This document shows positions 16,619 to 25,962 of a DNA stretch of 64,000 nt, in pieces; within the stretch, counting starts at the first letter, position 1; every line of letters begins with the position of its first letter. The position numbers and the translations under genes are program-made. The stretch lies in contig JAXDLW010000047.1 of NCBI GenBank assembly GCA_034666405.1, positions 3,913 through 67,912 on the forward strand, written 5' to 3'. The notes under the pieces were generated by a model that was not told the DNA's origin, did not search any database, and saw only the letters and a program-made list of their open reading frames with translations. Source of the stretch: Chloroflexota bacterium (lineage in GTDB: Bacteria > Chloroflexota > Dormibacteria > DASZGP01).

Positions 16619-18469
16619 TTGGCTGTTTTGGGGACTCAACAAGCCGCGATGACGGCTTTCAGCGACGGCACCGATGTCGAAGTCACGTCGACAGAGCGGA
16701 TGGAGCACGCCTTCCATGCCCACCATGTCGCAGTCCTGCGCTTCTGCCTGTCGCGCCTGAGGGACGAGCACGACGCCGAAGACGCCGTCCAGGAGGTGTT
16801 CGCGCGGGCCGTGCGGCACCAGGACGAGTTCGTCGGTGATTCCCTCGGCTGGCTGATCCGGACCGCGACCAATGTCTGCACGGATGAACTGCGCCGGCGC
16901 GCGCGCTTCTCCGCGGAAGGTGAGGGCGAGGACAAGGAGGAACTGGAGGCCAGCAGCGACGACCCCGAGACCGTCGTGGTCCGGCGGATGTTGATCAGCG
17001 ACCTGCTCGGGCGGCTGACACCCGGGGAGCGTCGGGTCGTCGCCGACACCTGGCTGTTCGGCCCAGGCGACGCCGACCGCGGAAGCATGGGCGTCCAGAC
17101 CAGCACCACCCGCGTCCTGCTGTGCCGGGCACGGCGCCGGATGCGCAGCTACCTTGACGACTTCCAGGAGAGCGCCTCGATGCTGCTCCTGGGCATGGGC
17201 CGCGGCAAGCGCACCCGCGGGAGCGCGGCGGAGGCCTGGACCGGGGTCCTGCGGGTCGGCGTCCCGGGACTCGTGGCGGCCACCGTGATGCTGTCAAGCA
17301 CTGGTCCGGTTCCCGCGGCTGCTGACGCCGTGGGGGGCAACGTTCGAGCGGGGGCCCTCGTCGCGTCGGCCATCACGCCCGGGGCGACCGAGACGCCCGC
17401 CCAGCTACACATGAGCCCTGCGGCTGCCGGTGGTGGCACCCACGTCGCGCCAACGGTCTCGCCGAAACCGCGCGAAGTCGTCTTGCCTACGACGCCGCAC
17501 CAGGCGGTGGCGCAGGACGCGGTAATGACTGATGTTCAGGCTTCCCCCCAATACGGGCGGGACCACACGATCCTGGCGGCTGGGACCGATCGGGCCTGCC
17601 CTGCGCCGCCATGCCAGGCCCTTTTCGCCAGCCATGACGCAGGCCACACATGGAGCACCCTGCCAGCCGCCGGCTTTGCTTCGACACAGTTGCTCCTCCC
17701 CCCCGCCAGCTTCGCATCCGGCCACTTCTTCGGGTTCGGCGCGGCAGGCCTGCAAGAGACCACGGACGGCGGCAAGACCTTTGTAACGACCCTCCCGGAT
17801 CTCGTGGGCTTCGCCGCCACCCGGCCCGCCGGGACCGGCTCCCTCTTTTCCGTCAGCAACGCCGCAAGGTGGGACTTCAACGGCGGGAACTCACCGGGTC
17901 TTGGCTCGGCATTCCTCCCCGGATGGAATGCGGCGGGACCTGCCGCCTTCCCTGGCGTTGGTCAGGAAGTGCTTCAGCCAGTGCTGCACGCGAGCCCGGT
18001 CGGGTTCGATGTCCAAGTGATGCATTGTGCGGCCACCTGCTCCGATGGACCGGTCCTGCCATGGACCGAGAACACAATCATCGTCGCATCCCCCGACGTC
18101 AACACCGACCACGGCGTCCTCGCGATGAATGGCTCGGCGCTCGCCCTCAGCACTGACGGCGGCTTGTCATTTGCCCACGTGTCGGCTCCAGCCGGACAAC
18201 ACGCGATCACCGCCCAATTGGTGCGAAGTGGGAAAGGCATTCGGATCGTTGCCATCCTGGTGTCCGCCGCATCGACCGCGACTCTGAGCTACACAGATGA
18301 CTCTGGTGCGTCTTGGCACATGCCAACTGGACCGTTTTTGCGCGCAGGTGGGTACGTCCTAACTCGAACAGACGAGACTGGCCTCATAGCCGCCGTGCCC
18401 GGAACCCAGCAGTCCCAGACGGCCTTCTCCTGCTCCCGTGATGCCGGCATATCATGGTTCCCTTGCTAG
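16619..18469 (+). CDS. ECF-type sigma-70 factor fused to a TM segment and a BNR/Asp-box beta-propeller
   Basis: N-terminus has sigma region 2 (DAEDAVQEVFARAVRH..WLIRTATNVCTDELRRR) and region 4 (LTPGERRVVADTWL...TTRVLLCRARRRMRSYL). A hydrophobic segment follows (VGVPGLVAATVMLSS). The C-terminal ~330 aa carry five S/T-x-D-x-G-x-(T/S)-(W/F) boxes (SHDAGHTW, TTDGGKTF, STDGGLSF, TDDSGASW, SRDAGISW). Start uncertain (TTG 16619, ATG 16649 or later). Confidence 0.75.
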   Translation: MAVLGTQQAAMTAFSDGTDVEVTSTERMEHAFHAHHVAVLRFCLSRLRDEHDAEDAVQEVFARAVRHQDEFVGDSLGWLIRTATNVCTDELRRRARFSAEGEGEDKEELEASSDDPETVVVRRMLISDLLGRLTPGERRVVADTWLFGPGDADRGSMGVQTSTTRVLLCRARRRMRSYLDDFQESASMLLLGMGRGKRTRGSAAEAWTGVLRVGVPGLVAATVMLSSTGPVPAAADAVGGNVRAGALVASAITPGATETPAQLHMSPAAAGGGTHVAPTVSPKPREVVLPTTPHQAVAQDAVMTDVQASPQYGRDHTILAAGTDRACPAPPCQALFASHDAGHTWSTLPAAGFASTQLLLPPASFASGHFFGFGAAGLQETTDGGKTFVTTLPDLVGFAATRPAGTGSLFSVSNAARWDFNGGNSPGLGSAFLPGWNAAGPAAFPGVGQEVLQPVLHASPVGFDVQVMHCAATCSDGPVLPWTENTIIVASPDVNTDHGVLAMNGSALALSTDGGLSFAHVSAPAGQHAITAQLVRSGKGIRIVAILVSAASTATLSYTDDSGASWHMPTGPFLRAGGYVLTRTDETGLIAAVPGTQQSQTAFSCSRDAGISWFPC

Positions 18470-18524
18470 GGCGCGAGAGACGCATCACGGCGTCTTTGAT
18501 AGTCGGCGCTAATTTGGCGAAAGG

Positions 18525-18791
18525 GTGAGCGATATCACTGTTCCACTGCGCCCCGAGCGTCGACCGGTTGAACAGCGCAACAGCAGTGCCCGGGCAGCGC
18601 TGGTGGCGTACCTGCGCCTGCTTGCGGCTTGCATCGAAGACGAGGCTGACATGTTGGAGGAAGAGCCTGAGCGCGCAGCACAACTGGTTGCCCGTTTCCG
18701 CGGCGAGGTCCTGGACATGACGCTGGGTGACGCTCCTGTAGAGGCCTTGCTTCAGCGGACTCGCCAGGACCGCGCTTACCGCAAGACCTGA
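18525..18791 (+). CDS. Hypothetical small acidic helical protein
   Basis: 88-aa GTG-initiated ORF lying between the sigma fusion and the second 4-Cys gene on the same strand. No recognisable motifs. Coding status is supported only by position and by non-Arg/Pro-rich composition. Confidence 0.35.
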   Translation: MSDITVPLRPERRPVEQRNSSARAALVAYLRLLAACIEDEADMLEEEPERAAQLVARFRGEVLDMTLGDAPVEALLQRTRQDRAYRKT

Positions 18792-18820
18792 GCGCATTCA
18801 GCGTTACAGGTACACCACCC

Positions 18821-19378
18821 ATGAGACCTCCGCTCATGCGCCGCGCCAAGCAGTTCGCGGCCTCTCTCACCCTCTGCCTGGTGCCGTTGGGCGCGGCGGC
18901 GCCAATGGCGGCAACGCCGGCGCACGCGTCGGTTGTGGTCGACGGGACATGTGACGTCACGATGACCATCTCATCGCCTCTGCCCATAACCAAGACGCCG
19001 GCCTTCATCGGCCTAGGCTATGACGGGTTGGGCACTTGCGCCGGCTACCCGTTCGTGACGCAGGGGATGAGCTTCGGCGGCACCGGCTACGCCAACATCA
19101 GCTGCGACGTATTCGAGACTTTCGGGTCATCATTCACGTTCGTCTTCGCCAAGACGGCCGGAGCAAATACATCGGCGTCGACTGGGGCCGGGACCCTGTC
19201 CAGCGTGAACTTCGTAATGCCAGGGGTCAACACCCTCACCTTCGACGCCGTAGGCACATTTGCCTGGTCCAACGCCTCCCAACAGACCGCCTGCGCCACC
19301 GGTGGGATTCAATCCGTCACTCTCACCGGGGTGATCGTGTTCCAGGACCCGACGATCGACGGGGTTCCGCCCAGCTAG
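18821..19378 (+). CDS. Small secreted 4-Cys protein (paralogue of 15453..15947)
   Basis: Signal peptide (FAASLTLCLVPLGAAAPMAATPAHA) followed by a beta-rich mature domain with four Cys in contexts matching the 15453 gene. Confidence 0.7.
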   Translation: MRPPLMRRAKQFAASLTLCLVPLGAAAPMAATPAHASVVVDGTCDVTMTISSPLPITKTPAFIGLGYDGLGTCAGYPFVTQGMSFGGTGYANISCDVFETFGSSFTFVFAKTAGANTSASTGAGTLSSVNFVMPGVNTLTFDAVGTFAWSNASQQTACATGGIQSVTLTGVIVFQDPTIDGVPPS

Positions 19379-19394
19379 AGCCGGGCGCCGGGGC

Positions 19395-20045
19395 CTAGGC
19401 GGGCTCGAGGCGCTGGATGTCCTCTTCGGTCAGTTGAACGAAGACCGCCGCGTCATCGCTGCGGTCCAGGAAGCGCCGCGGCATCAGGACCGGGTGCTTG
19501 AAGAAGCCCTCGGGCTGCAGCACGATCCCGACCAGTTCGGTGCCCTCGAAGAGCACCTCCCTGACGCGTCCGAGCTTGCGGCCGGTGTGCCCGAGCATGA
19601 CGTTCTCGCCCTCGTTGATCTCGATCTCACCGGCGGCGCGCAGGGCGGTCTCCTCCAACCGCGGCACGGCAGGGTTTCCCCCGAGGACCGTCAGGATCTC
19701 GTTGACCTGGTCACCGGCGGAAGGCGGTGCCTGGCGATAGGTGAGGTAGGGCGGCAGGCGGCGCACCTCGGTTGCGGTCAGGGTCAGGTCGACGCGCTCC
19801 TGGGTCGCCCCGCGGATCGCGACAATCGGGATCACGACATCGGGGATGGCCCTGGCCAGGCCGGGCACCCCGCCGGAGAAGCCGCGGTCCTCCTCGACGA
19901 CGATGGCCTTGAGCTCGAAATCGGCGCCATCCACCAGGGTGCGGTGGATCGACCCGATCAGCCGCCCGTCGCTCGAGTACACGGGACCGCCGAGGCGAAA
20001 GTCCTCGACCGTCTGCCCACCCCTTCCCGCGTTTTCCTGAACCAC
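19395..20045 (-). CDS. PRC-barrel domain protein (two PRC-like repeats)
   Basis: Segments GPVYSSDGRLIGSIHRTLVDG..ELKAIVVEE and NVMLGHTGRKLGRVREVLFEGTELVGIVLQPEG are typical PRC-barrel patterns. Confidence 0.65.
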   Translation of the reverse strand: MVQENAGRGGQTVEDFRLGGPVYSSDGRLIGSIHRTLVDGADFELKAIVVEEDRGFSGGVPGLARAIPDVVIPIVAIRGATQERVDLTLTATEVRRLPPYLTYRQAPPSAGDQVNEILTVLGGNPAVPRLEETALRAAGEIEINEGENVMLGHTGRKLGRVREVLFEGTELVGIVLQPEGFFKHPVLMPRRFLDRSDDAAVFVQLTEEDIQRLEPA

Positions 20046-20095
20046 GGGTCGAGTCTAGCGAGGCTGGACTCGCGCCATGCGAGCAGGCGGCCAGG

Positions 20096-21139
20096 TCAGG
20101 AGCCGGTCAGCGTCTCCAGTGCGCGGTCCACGTCTTCGTCCGTGTTGTAGGCATGGAAGGACACCCGGAGGGCGCCGTCTCTCACCGCGGCGCGGATCCC
20201 GGCCCGCGCCAGCTTGTCCTCGGCACCCTGCGCCCCGACCGAGACGATGGCGCCCGCGCCAGGCGGCAGACCCAGCCCCGCCCGAAACCGACCGGCCAGG
20301 GCGGTGTCGTGTTCATGGATGGCCGCGACCCCGATGTCCTCGATGACCTGGAGCGCCGCGGCGGTGCCCACCCAGCAGTGCCAGGCGGGTGAGATGTCGA
20401 ACCGGCGCGCGCTGTGCGCCAGGCGGGGCGGCAGCCCGTAGTACGAAGTGTGGACATCCTCGCCGGCGAACCAACCGGCGTTGAGCGGCCTGAGGCGCTC
20501 GACCAGTGCCGGTGAGAGGACCCCGAAGGCCGTCCCGCGCGGCGACATCAGCCACTTGTAGGCGGAGCACGCCACGACATCGAATTCCCGGGAGTCGAGC
20601 GGCAACCAACCCGCCGATTGCGTGGCGTCGACAAGGGTCAGCGCACCGGCGCGCCGGGCCGCAGCCGCCACCGCGGCGAGGTCGGCGATCGCGCCGTCGG
20701 ACGACTGGACCGACGAGATCGCCACGAGCGCCGTGCGCTCGCCGATCGACTCGGCCACCTCGGCCAGCGGCACCTCGCGGACGGTGACGCCGCGATCGGC
20801 ATGGACGGCCCACGGAAAGACAATTGATGTGAACTCGCCAACCGGGACCAACACCTCGGCGCCGTCGGGCAGCGCCGCGGCCACAAGGCCGGCAACCTCC
20901 GAGACGGCGCCACAGGCCAGGATGTTGGCGGGGTCCGCGTTGACCAGGCGCCCGAAGGTCGCTCGCGCCACGCCCACCTGGTCGGCCCACGGCTCCCACG
21001 TTGTCGCTCCCACCCGCCACTCATCCAGCGCCGCCTGCAGCGCGTCCCACGCCGGCCGCGGCGGGAGGCCGTAGCTCGCGGTGTTGAGATAGCCGGGACG
21101 AGCATCCCAGAGGTCGCGGAGTGCGGCTCGGCCGGGCAT
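20096..21139 (-). CDS. Class V aminotransferase-fold PLP enzyme (cysteine desulfurase / epimerase-like)
   Basis: 347 aa with YLNTASYGLPP at the N-terminus, LVDATQSAGWLPLD, and the PLP-lysine context SAYKWLMSPRG. Confidence 0.8.
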   Translation of the reverse strand: MPGRAALRDLWDARPGYLNTASYGLPPRPAWDALQAALDEWRVGATTWEPWADQVGVARATFGRLVNADPANILACGAVSEVAGLVAAALPDGAEVLVPVGEFTSIVFPWAVHADRGVTVREVPLAEVAESIGERTALVAISSVQSSDGAIADLAAVAAAARRAGALTLVDATQSAGWLPLDSREFDVVACSAYKWLMSPRGTAFGVLSPALVERLRPLNAGWFAGEDVHTSYYGLPPRLAHSARRFDISPAWHCWVGTAAALQVIEDIGVAAIHEHDTALAGRFRAGLGLPPGAGAIVSVGAQGAEDKLARAGIRAAVRDGALRVSFHAYNTDEDVDRALETLTGS

Positions 21140-21277
21140 GGCGCCAGTATCGCAGCCGGGCGGACCCGCGGAATTTGGCGTTAACCCAGCGAGTCATGGC
21201 ATTCCTGCCACTGGCGCGGCACGGCGGCCAACCCGTACGCTCGACACGTGGGTTCCCTTGGCTGAGGCTGCCTTCGC

Positions 21278-22183
21278 GTGACGCGGAGGGGCTGGCTCCT
21301 TTTCGCGGCGATGGGCCTGATCTGGGGGATTCCGTACCTCCTGATCAAGGTCGCCGTTGCCGACCTGACTCCCGCCTCCCTGGTGCTCCTGCGCACCGGG
21401 CTGGGAGCCCTGATCCTGGTTCCGATCGCCGCCGCCCGCGGCAACCTCGCCGTGTTGCGCCCGCACTGGAAGCCGGTCGTGGTCTACACCCTGGTCGAGG
21501 TCGCGGTTCCGTGGTTCCTGCTCGCCGATGCCGAACGGCGGCTGTCCAGTTCGCTCACCGGCCTGCTCATCGCGGCGGTGCCCCTGGTCGGTGCCGTGCT
21601 GGCCTGGCAGACGGGCGCGGCCGACCGGCCGGACCGACGTCGGGTCAGCGGGCTCCTCGTGGGCTTCGTGGGGGTCGCGGTCCTGCTTGGCCTGGACGCC
21701 CAGGTCCGGGACTTCGGCGCCGTGGGCGAGGTGATGCTGGTGAGCATCTGCTACGCCGTGGGACCGATGATCATTGCGCGCCGCCTGGGCGCTGCCCCGG
21801 CCGTCGGCGTGGTGGCCGCGAGCCTGGCAATCAGCGCGCTCCTCTACGCCCCCGTGGGCATCTTCCAGCTCCCCCACCACGTTCCCTCAGCCGCGGTGAT
21901 GGGATCGATCGTCGGGCTTGGCGTCATATGTACCGCGCTGGCCTTCGTCGTCTTCTTCGCGCTGATCGCCGAGGTCGGCCCGGTGCGGGCGACCGTCATC
22001 ACCTATGTCAACCCCGCTGTCGCCCTCGGGCTCGGCGTCCTGCTCCTGAGGGAGCCGCTCGGCGCCGGGATCCTGGCCGGCTTCGCGCTGATCCTCGTGG
22101 GGTCCTTCATCGCCAACCGGCGCGGCTCCGGGAAGCGCACGCCACAGACCGAGCTCGAACCACTGGCGGGAGCACCGGGCTAG
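21278..22183 (+). CDS. EamA/DMT-family transporter
   Basis: 301 aa and about 10 TM helices, with GLIWGIPYLLIKVAV near the N-terminus and a duplicated EamA-like half. GTG start. Confidence 0.8.
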   Translation: MTRRGWLLFAAMGLIWGIPYLLIKVAVADLTPASLVLLRTGLGALILVPIAAARGNLAVLRPHWKPVVVYTLVEVAVPWFLLADAERRLSSSLTGLLIAAVPLVGAVLAWQTGAADRPDRRRVSGLLVGFVGVAVLLGLDAQVRDFGAVGEVMLVSICYAVGPMIIARRLGAAPAVGVVAASLAISALLYAPVGIFQLPHHVPSAAVMGSIVGLGVICTALAFVVFFALIAEVGPVRATVITYVNPAVALGLGVLLLREPLGAGILAGFALILVGSFIANRRGSGKRTPQTELEPLAGAPG

Positions 22184-22204
22184 AGAGCACTATGATCCCG
22201 TCCC

Positions 22205-25186
22205 ATGGCGTTGGGTTCCATGCGGCGGGGTGTTCTGCTGGCGACCACTCTCGTCGCCGTCATGGTGGCCGCCGTCCCCGCGACCGCGGCCGCGCCAGAG
22301 CCCACCTACCGTGCCAATGACTACGGCAACGTCCTCAATGTTCTGCCCCCGGGTAACAACGGGCTCTTCACCCTTGCCGACGTCGCCAGTCATGGCGGTC
22401 CAAGCGGGACCGGACCAAGGCCGGCCCACAGCGACGACCAATACCCGCTCTACCAGGACCTCCTCTACGGCTATCCAAGCCTCCAGGACAGCACCCTTGG
22501 CAACTTCTACAAGGACGCCTCGTTCGGGGTGAAGCCTGAGGACATCGACCCCGCCCAGACGGTCACGCTGACCTATGCCGGGCACGGCGACGTCACCATC
22601 TACCGCGACAAGCAGTTCGGCACGCCGCACATCTACGGCGACAGCGTCGAGGCGATGGCCTACGGGGTGGGCTACGCCACGGCCCACGACCGGCTCTTCA
22701 TGATCGACGTGCTGCGGCACACCGGCGCCGGCCACCTCACCGAGCTGGTCGGCCCTTCATGCGCCAACGAGGCGATGGACCGGTCCCAGCTGGCGCTGAC
22801 CGGTTACACCCAGCAGGACAAGCAGAACCAGCTGGACTTCATCGCCGGGATGGGACCGCTGGGCGCGGAGGCCCGCAGGTTGATCACCGGCCAGATGCAG
22901 GGGATCAACAAGTACATCGCGGACGCCGAGCTCAACCCGCTCACGATGATGCCGGCCGAGTACCCCGCGGTGACCGGCGGCCTCCCCCAGACCTGGGTGG
23001 ACACCGACGTCATTGACATCGCCTCGCTGGTCGGAGGGATATTCGGCAAGGGTGGCGGCAACGAGGTGGGTGGCGGCCACCTCTTCCAGTACCTCCAGGC
23101 GCAGTTCGGCACGCCCGCGGCGCAGTCGATGTTCCGCGACCTGCGCCAGAACGACGACCCCGCCGCGCCGTCGACCGTCCAGGACGTGCGCTTCCCGTAC
23201 AACGTCCATGACCCGGGAATGCTGCCGACCGCCAAGAACGCGTTCACCGACCCGGCTATCACGCCCCTGGACCCCTTCTCGGCGTCGGTCGACAGTGGCT
23301 GCGACCCAACCCCCAGCAGCATCCTCGGCGGCATCGGCAAGGCGCTGGCGAGCCCGGGCTCGATGAGCAATGCATTGGTTGTCGACGCCCAGCACTCCAC
23401 CAGCGGACGGCCGATCGCGGTGTTGGGGCCGCAGGTGGGTTATTTCACGCCCCAGATCCTCATGGAGGTGGACCTCCACGCCCCCGACTACGACGTGCGC
23501 GGGGCGTCATTCCCGGGCACCGCCTTCCTGGTCGAGCTGGGACGCGGCAGGGACTATGCGTGGTCCGCGACCTCGGCCAGCAACGACATCGTCGACCAGC
23601 GCATCGAGGTGCTCTGCGCGGCGCCTGAGAGCGACACGGATGCCAAGGCTCGGTATTACATCCTGGACGGCGTCTGCACCAAGATGGACTACCACGACGA
23701 CAGCGAACCGGCCATCAGCAAGGTGGGTGGCCAGACATCGTGCGTGGCGCCGTGCACCCTCCACCACGACATCTACCGCACCCACCATGTGGGGGCTGAC
23801 GCGGTCGTGATCGGGTTCACCAAGACACCGGACGGGACCCCGGTGGCGATCAGCAGCCAGCGCAGCACCTACCAGCACGAGCTCGACAGCGCGGTGGGCT
23901 TCCTGCAGTGGCAGCACCCGTCGCTGACGTATGACGCGCAGTCCTGGATGACCGGCGCCTCCAACATCGGCTACACGTTCAACTGGTTCTACATCGACAA
24001 CCGCGACATCGCGTACTACAACAGCGGGCACGACCCGATCCGCCAGACGGACTACAACCCGGACTTCCCGACGCTGGGCACCGGCGTGGCGGAGTGGACC
24101 GGCTTCCTCGACTTCGCCGGGCATCCCCACGAGGTCAACCCGCCGGCCGGCTACCTCGTCTCCTGGAACAACAAGCAGGCCCACGGTGTGTCTTCGAGCG
24201 ACAACCAATACAGCTACGGCCCGGTCTATCGATCCCTCTCACTCGAGCGCCGCGTCCAGGCGGCCTTCACGTCCATTGGCAAGATGAGCCGCGCCAACCT
24301 CGTTGCCGCCATGGAGGACGCAGCCAGTGTCGACCTGACCGGGGCGCACGTGGTCCCGGAATTGCAGGCCCAGCGCGCGTCGCTCACCGCCGGACTCGGG
24401 ACCACGGACGCGACCCATGTCAACGCGCTGCTTGACCGGCTCAATGCCTGGGCCACCGCCGGCGCACATCGTCGCCGCGCCGCCCACGGCGATGCCCAGT
24501 ACGCTGATGCCGCGGCGGTGGCGGCCATGGATGAACTCAACCCGCGCCTGATCCGCGCCCTCTTCGACTCGCTCATGACCAAGACCGGGTCGACCGTAGA
24601 GACGGATGGCGCGGGGGTGGCCACGGGCTACTCGGCGATGCCCGAATCGTTCGCCGACCAGCCCAGCGGGCACCTGGGCAGCTCGTACAACGGGGGCTGG
24701 GAGAGCTACACGGTCAAGGCGCTGCAGCAACTCCGCGGCGTTACGCCGGGTGCGCCGCTGTCGGCGGAAATGACGACGCGCCTGTGCAGCACCGGGCTGG
24801 CCGCGTGCCCCGCCGCGGTGGGCCAGGCGCTGGTGGCCACGTTCAACCAGCTGGCGACCGTGAACAGCTCGACGGATGTCGCCTCCTGGACGGCCGACAC
24901 GGACACCTCCAACATCCCGGCCTCTGACTCGATCCGCTTCAGGGCGGTGGGTGTCGTGGGCCAGCCGGAGATGGACTGGCAGAACCGGCCCACCTTCCAG
25001 CAGGTGGTCGACTTCGTCTCACACCGGGCGCGCGCCGGCGAGACGGTCGCCGCACCGGCGGGCAACGTGATGCTGCCGCCCACCTCCAGCGACGAGGGCT
25101 CGAGGATTGCCTCCCTGGTCGCGCTCATCGTCGCCGTGCTGGCGGCGATCGGGTTCCTGGGCAACCGCTACCGCCACAGGCATTGA
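22205..25186 (+). CDS. Penicillin-acylase (S45, Ntn-hydrolase) family protein with signal peptide and C-terminal TM anchor
   Basis: Signal peptide MALGSMRRGVLLATTLVAVMVAAVPATAAA. Alpha-subunit-like region (VTIYRDKQFGTPHIYG, DRLFMIDVLRH). Putative autoprocessing site GSM-SNALVVDAQHSTSGRPIAVLGPQVGYFTPQI (Ser-Asn nucleophile context). C-terminus RIASLVALIVAVLAAIGFLGNRYRHRH. Confidence 0.8.
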   Translation: MALGSMRRGVLLATTLVAVMVAAVPATAAAPEPTYRANDYGNVLNVLPPGNNGLFTLADVASHGGPSGTGPRPAHSDDQYPLYQDLLYGYPSLQDSTLGNFYKDASFGVKPEDIDPAQTVTLTYAGHGDVTIYRDKQFGTPHIYGDSVEAMAYGVGYATAHDRLFMIDVLRHTGAGHLTELVGPSCANEAMDRSQLALTGYTQQDKQNQLDFIAGMGPLGAEARRLITGQMQGINKYIADAELNPLTMMPAEYPAVTGGLPQTWVDTDVIDIASLVGGIFGKGGGNEVGGGHLFQYLQAQFGTPAAQSMFRDLRQNDDPAAPSTVQDVRFPYNVHDPGMLPTAKNAFTDPAITPLDPFSASVDSGCDPTPSSILGGIGKALASPGSMSNALVVDAQHSTSGRPIAVLGPQVGYFTPQILMEVDLHAPDYDVRGASFPGTAFLVELGRGRDYAWSATSASNDIVDQRIEVLCAAPESDTDAKARYYILDGVCTKMDYHDDSEPAISKVGGQTSCVAPCTLHHDIYRTHHVGADAVVIGFTKTPDGTPVAISSQRSTYQHELDSAVGFLQWQHPSLTYDAQSWMTGASNIGYTFNWFYIDNRDIAYYNSGHDPIRQTDYNPDFPTLGTGVAEWTGFLDFAGHPHEVNPPAGYLVSWNNKQAHGVSSSDNQYSYGPVYRSLSLERRVQAAFTSIGKMSRANLVAAMEDAASVDLTGAHVVPELQAQRASLTAGLGTTDATHVNALLDRLNAWATAGAHRRRAAHGDAQYADAAAVAAMDELNPRLIRALFDSLMTKTGSTVETDGAGVATGYSAMPESFADQPSGHLGSSYNGGWESYTVKALQQLRGVTPGAPLSAEMTTRLCSTGLAACPAAVGQALVATFNQLATVNSSTDVASWTADTDTSNIPASDSIRFRAVGVVGQPEMDWQNRPTFQQVVDFVSHRARAGETVAAPAGNVMLPPTSSDEGSRIASLVALIVAVLAAIGFLGNRYRHRH

Positions 25187-25202
25187 GCCCCAGAGCCAGG
25201 GG

Positions 25203-25748
25203 TTAGGCGATTGCCTCCACGAGGGGCTTCAACCGGTCGTAGGCCTGACGCATGGGGGCGGCGTCACGGCGGGCGCGGCCCATGATGATGGCGCCCTCGA
25301 ACATGCACACGAGGGTCGATCCCAGCTCCTCGGCCCGCGCCGGGGTGTGCCCCGCGGCGACGAGCTTGGCCGCGAAGGCATCCTGCATGGCCAGCAGCGC
25401 GTCCTGCGCGGCGGCGAGCAGCCGGGGCGAATGCGACCCATCCGAAGCGAGGGCGGCGACCGGGCAGCCATCCTGACAGTCGGTCTTCTCCATCCAGCGG
25501 GCGTACTGGTGGAAGAACTGCTCGATCGTGGTGCGCTCGACCCAGGCGCAGATGTCGTCGCGAACCCTGGCCACGGCGCTGACTGCCAGCTCCTCCTTCC
25601 CGCCCGGGAAGTGGAAGTAGAGCGATCCGCGCGGCGCGCCACTGTCGGCGATCACATCCAGGACGCCCGTCCCGTTAAAGCCGGTGCGGCGCATCAGCCG
25701 GACCGTGGATTCGACGAAACGTTCCTTGGTCTCCGCTCCCTTTGACAT
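25203..25748 (-). CDS. TetR-family transcriptional regulator
   Basis: N-terminal HTH KERFVESTVRLMRRTGFNGTGVLDVIADSGAPRGSLYFHFPGGKEEL. Confidence 0.85.
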   Translation of the reverse strand: MSKGAETKERFVESTVRLMRRTGFNGTGVLDVIADSGAPRGSLYFHFPGGKEELAVSAVARVRDDICAWVERTTIEQFFHQYARWMEKTDCQDGCPVAALASDGSHSPRLLAAAQDALLAMQDAFAAKLVAAGHTPARAEELGSTLVCMFEGAIIMGRARRDAAPMRQAYDRLKPLVEAIA

Positions 25749-25962
25749 GGGTGTATAGTAGCAGATTATGCAGACTGGTCTATTTATTGAGGGAGCCGCG
25801 CGGGTGGAGTCATGGCGTCACCCGGCCTGGTCCCTTGGTCGTCTCATGCTCCGGTGCCGGCGCTGGTTCAAGTCCTACGACCTGGGCTCGGACGAGAAGA
25901 TCCGGCGCTTCACCGGCGCTCGCTGAGGCTGACCAAGCGCAGTCCGGCTAAGCGCGAGCGGC

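Noticed and set aside
25861-25880. GGTTCAAGTCC, which resembles a tRNA T-loop.
   Set aside because: The flanking bases do not form a T-stem (GCTGG versus CCTAC). I could fold no acceptor or anticodon arms around it.
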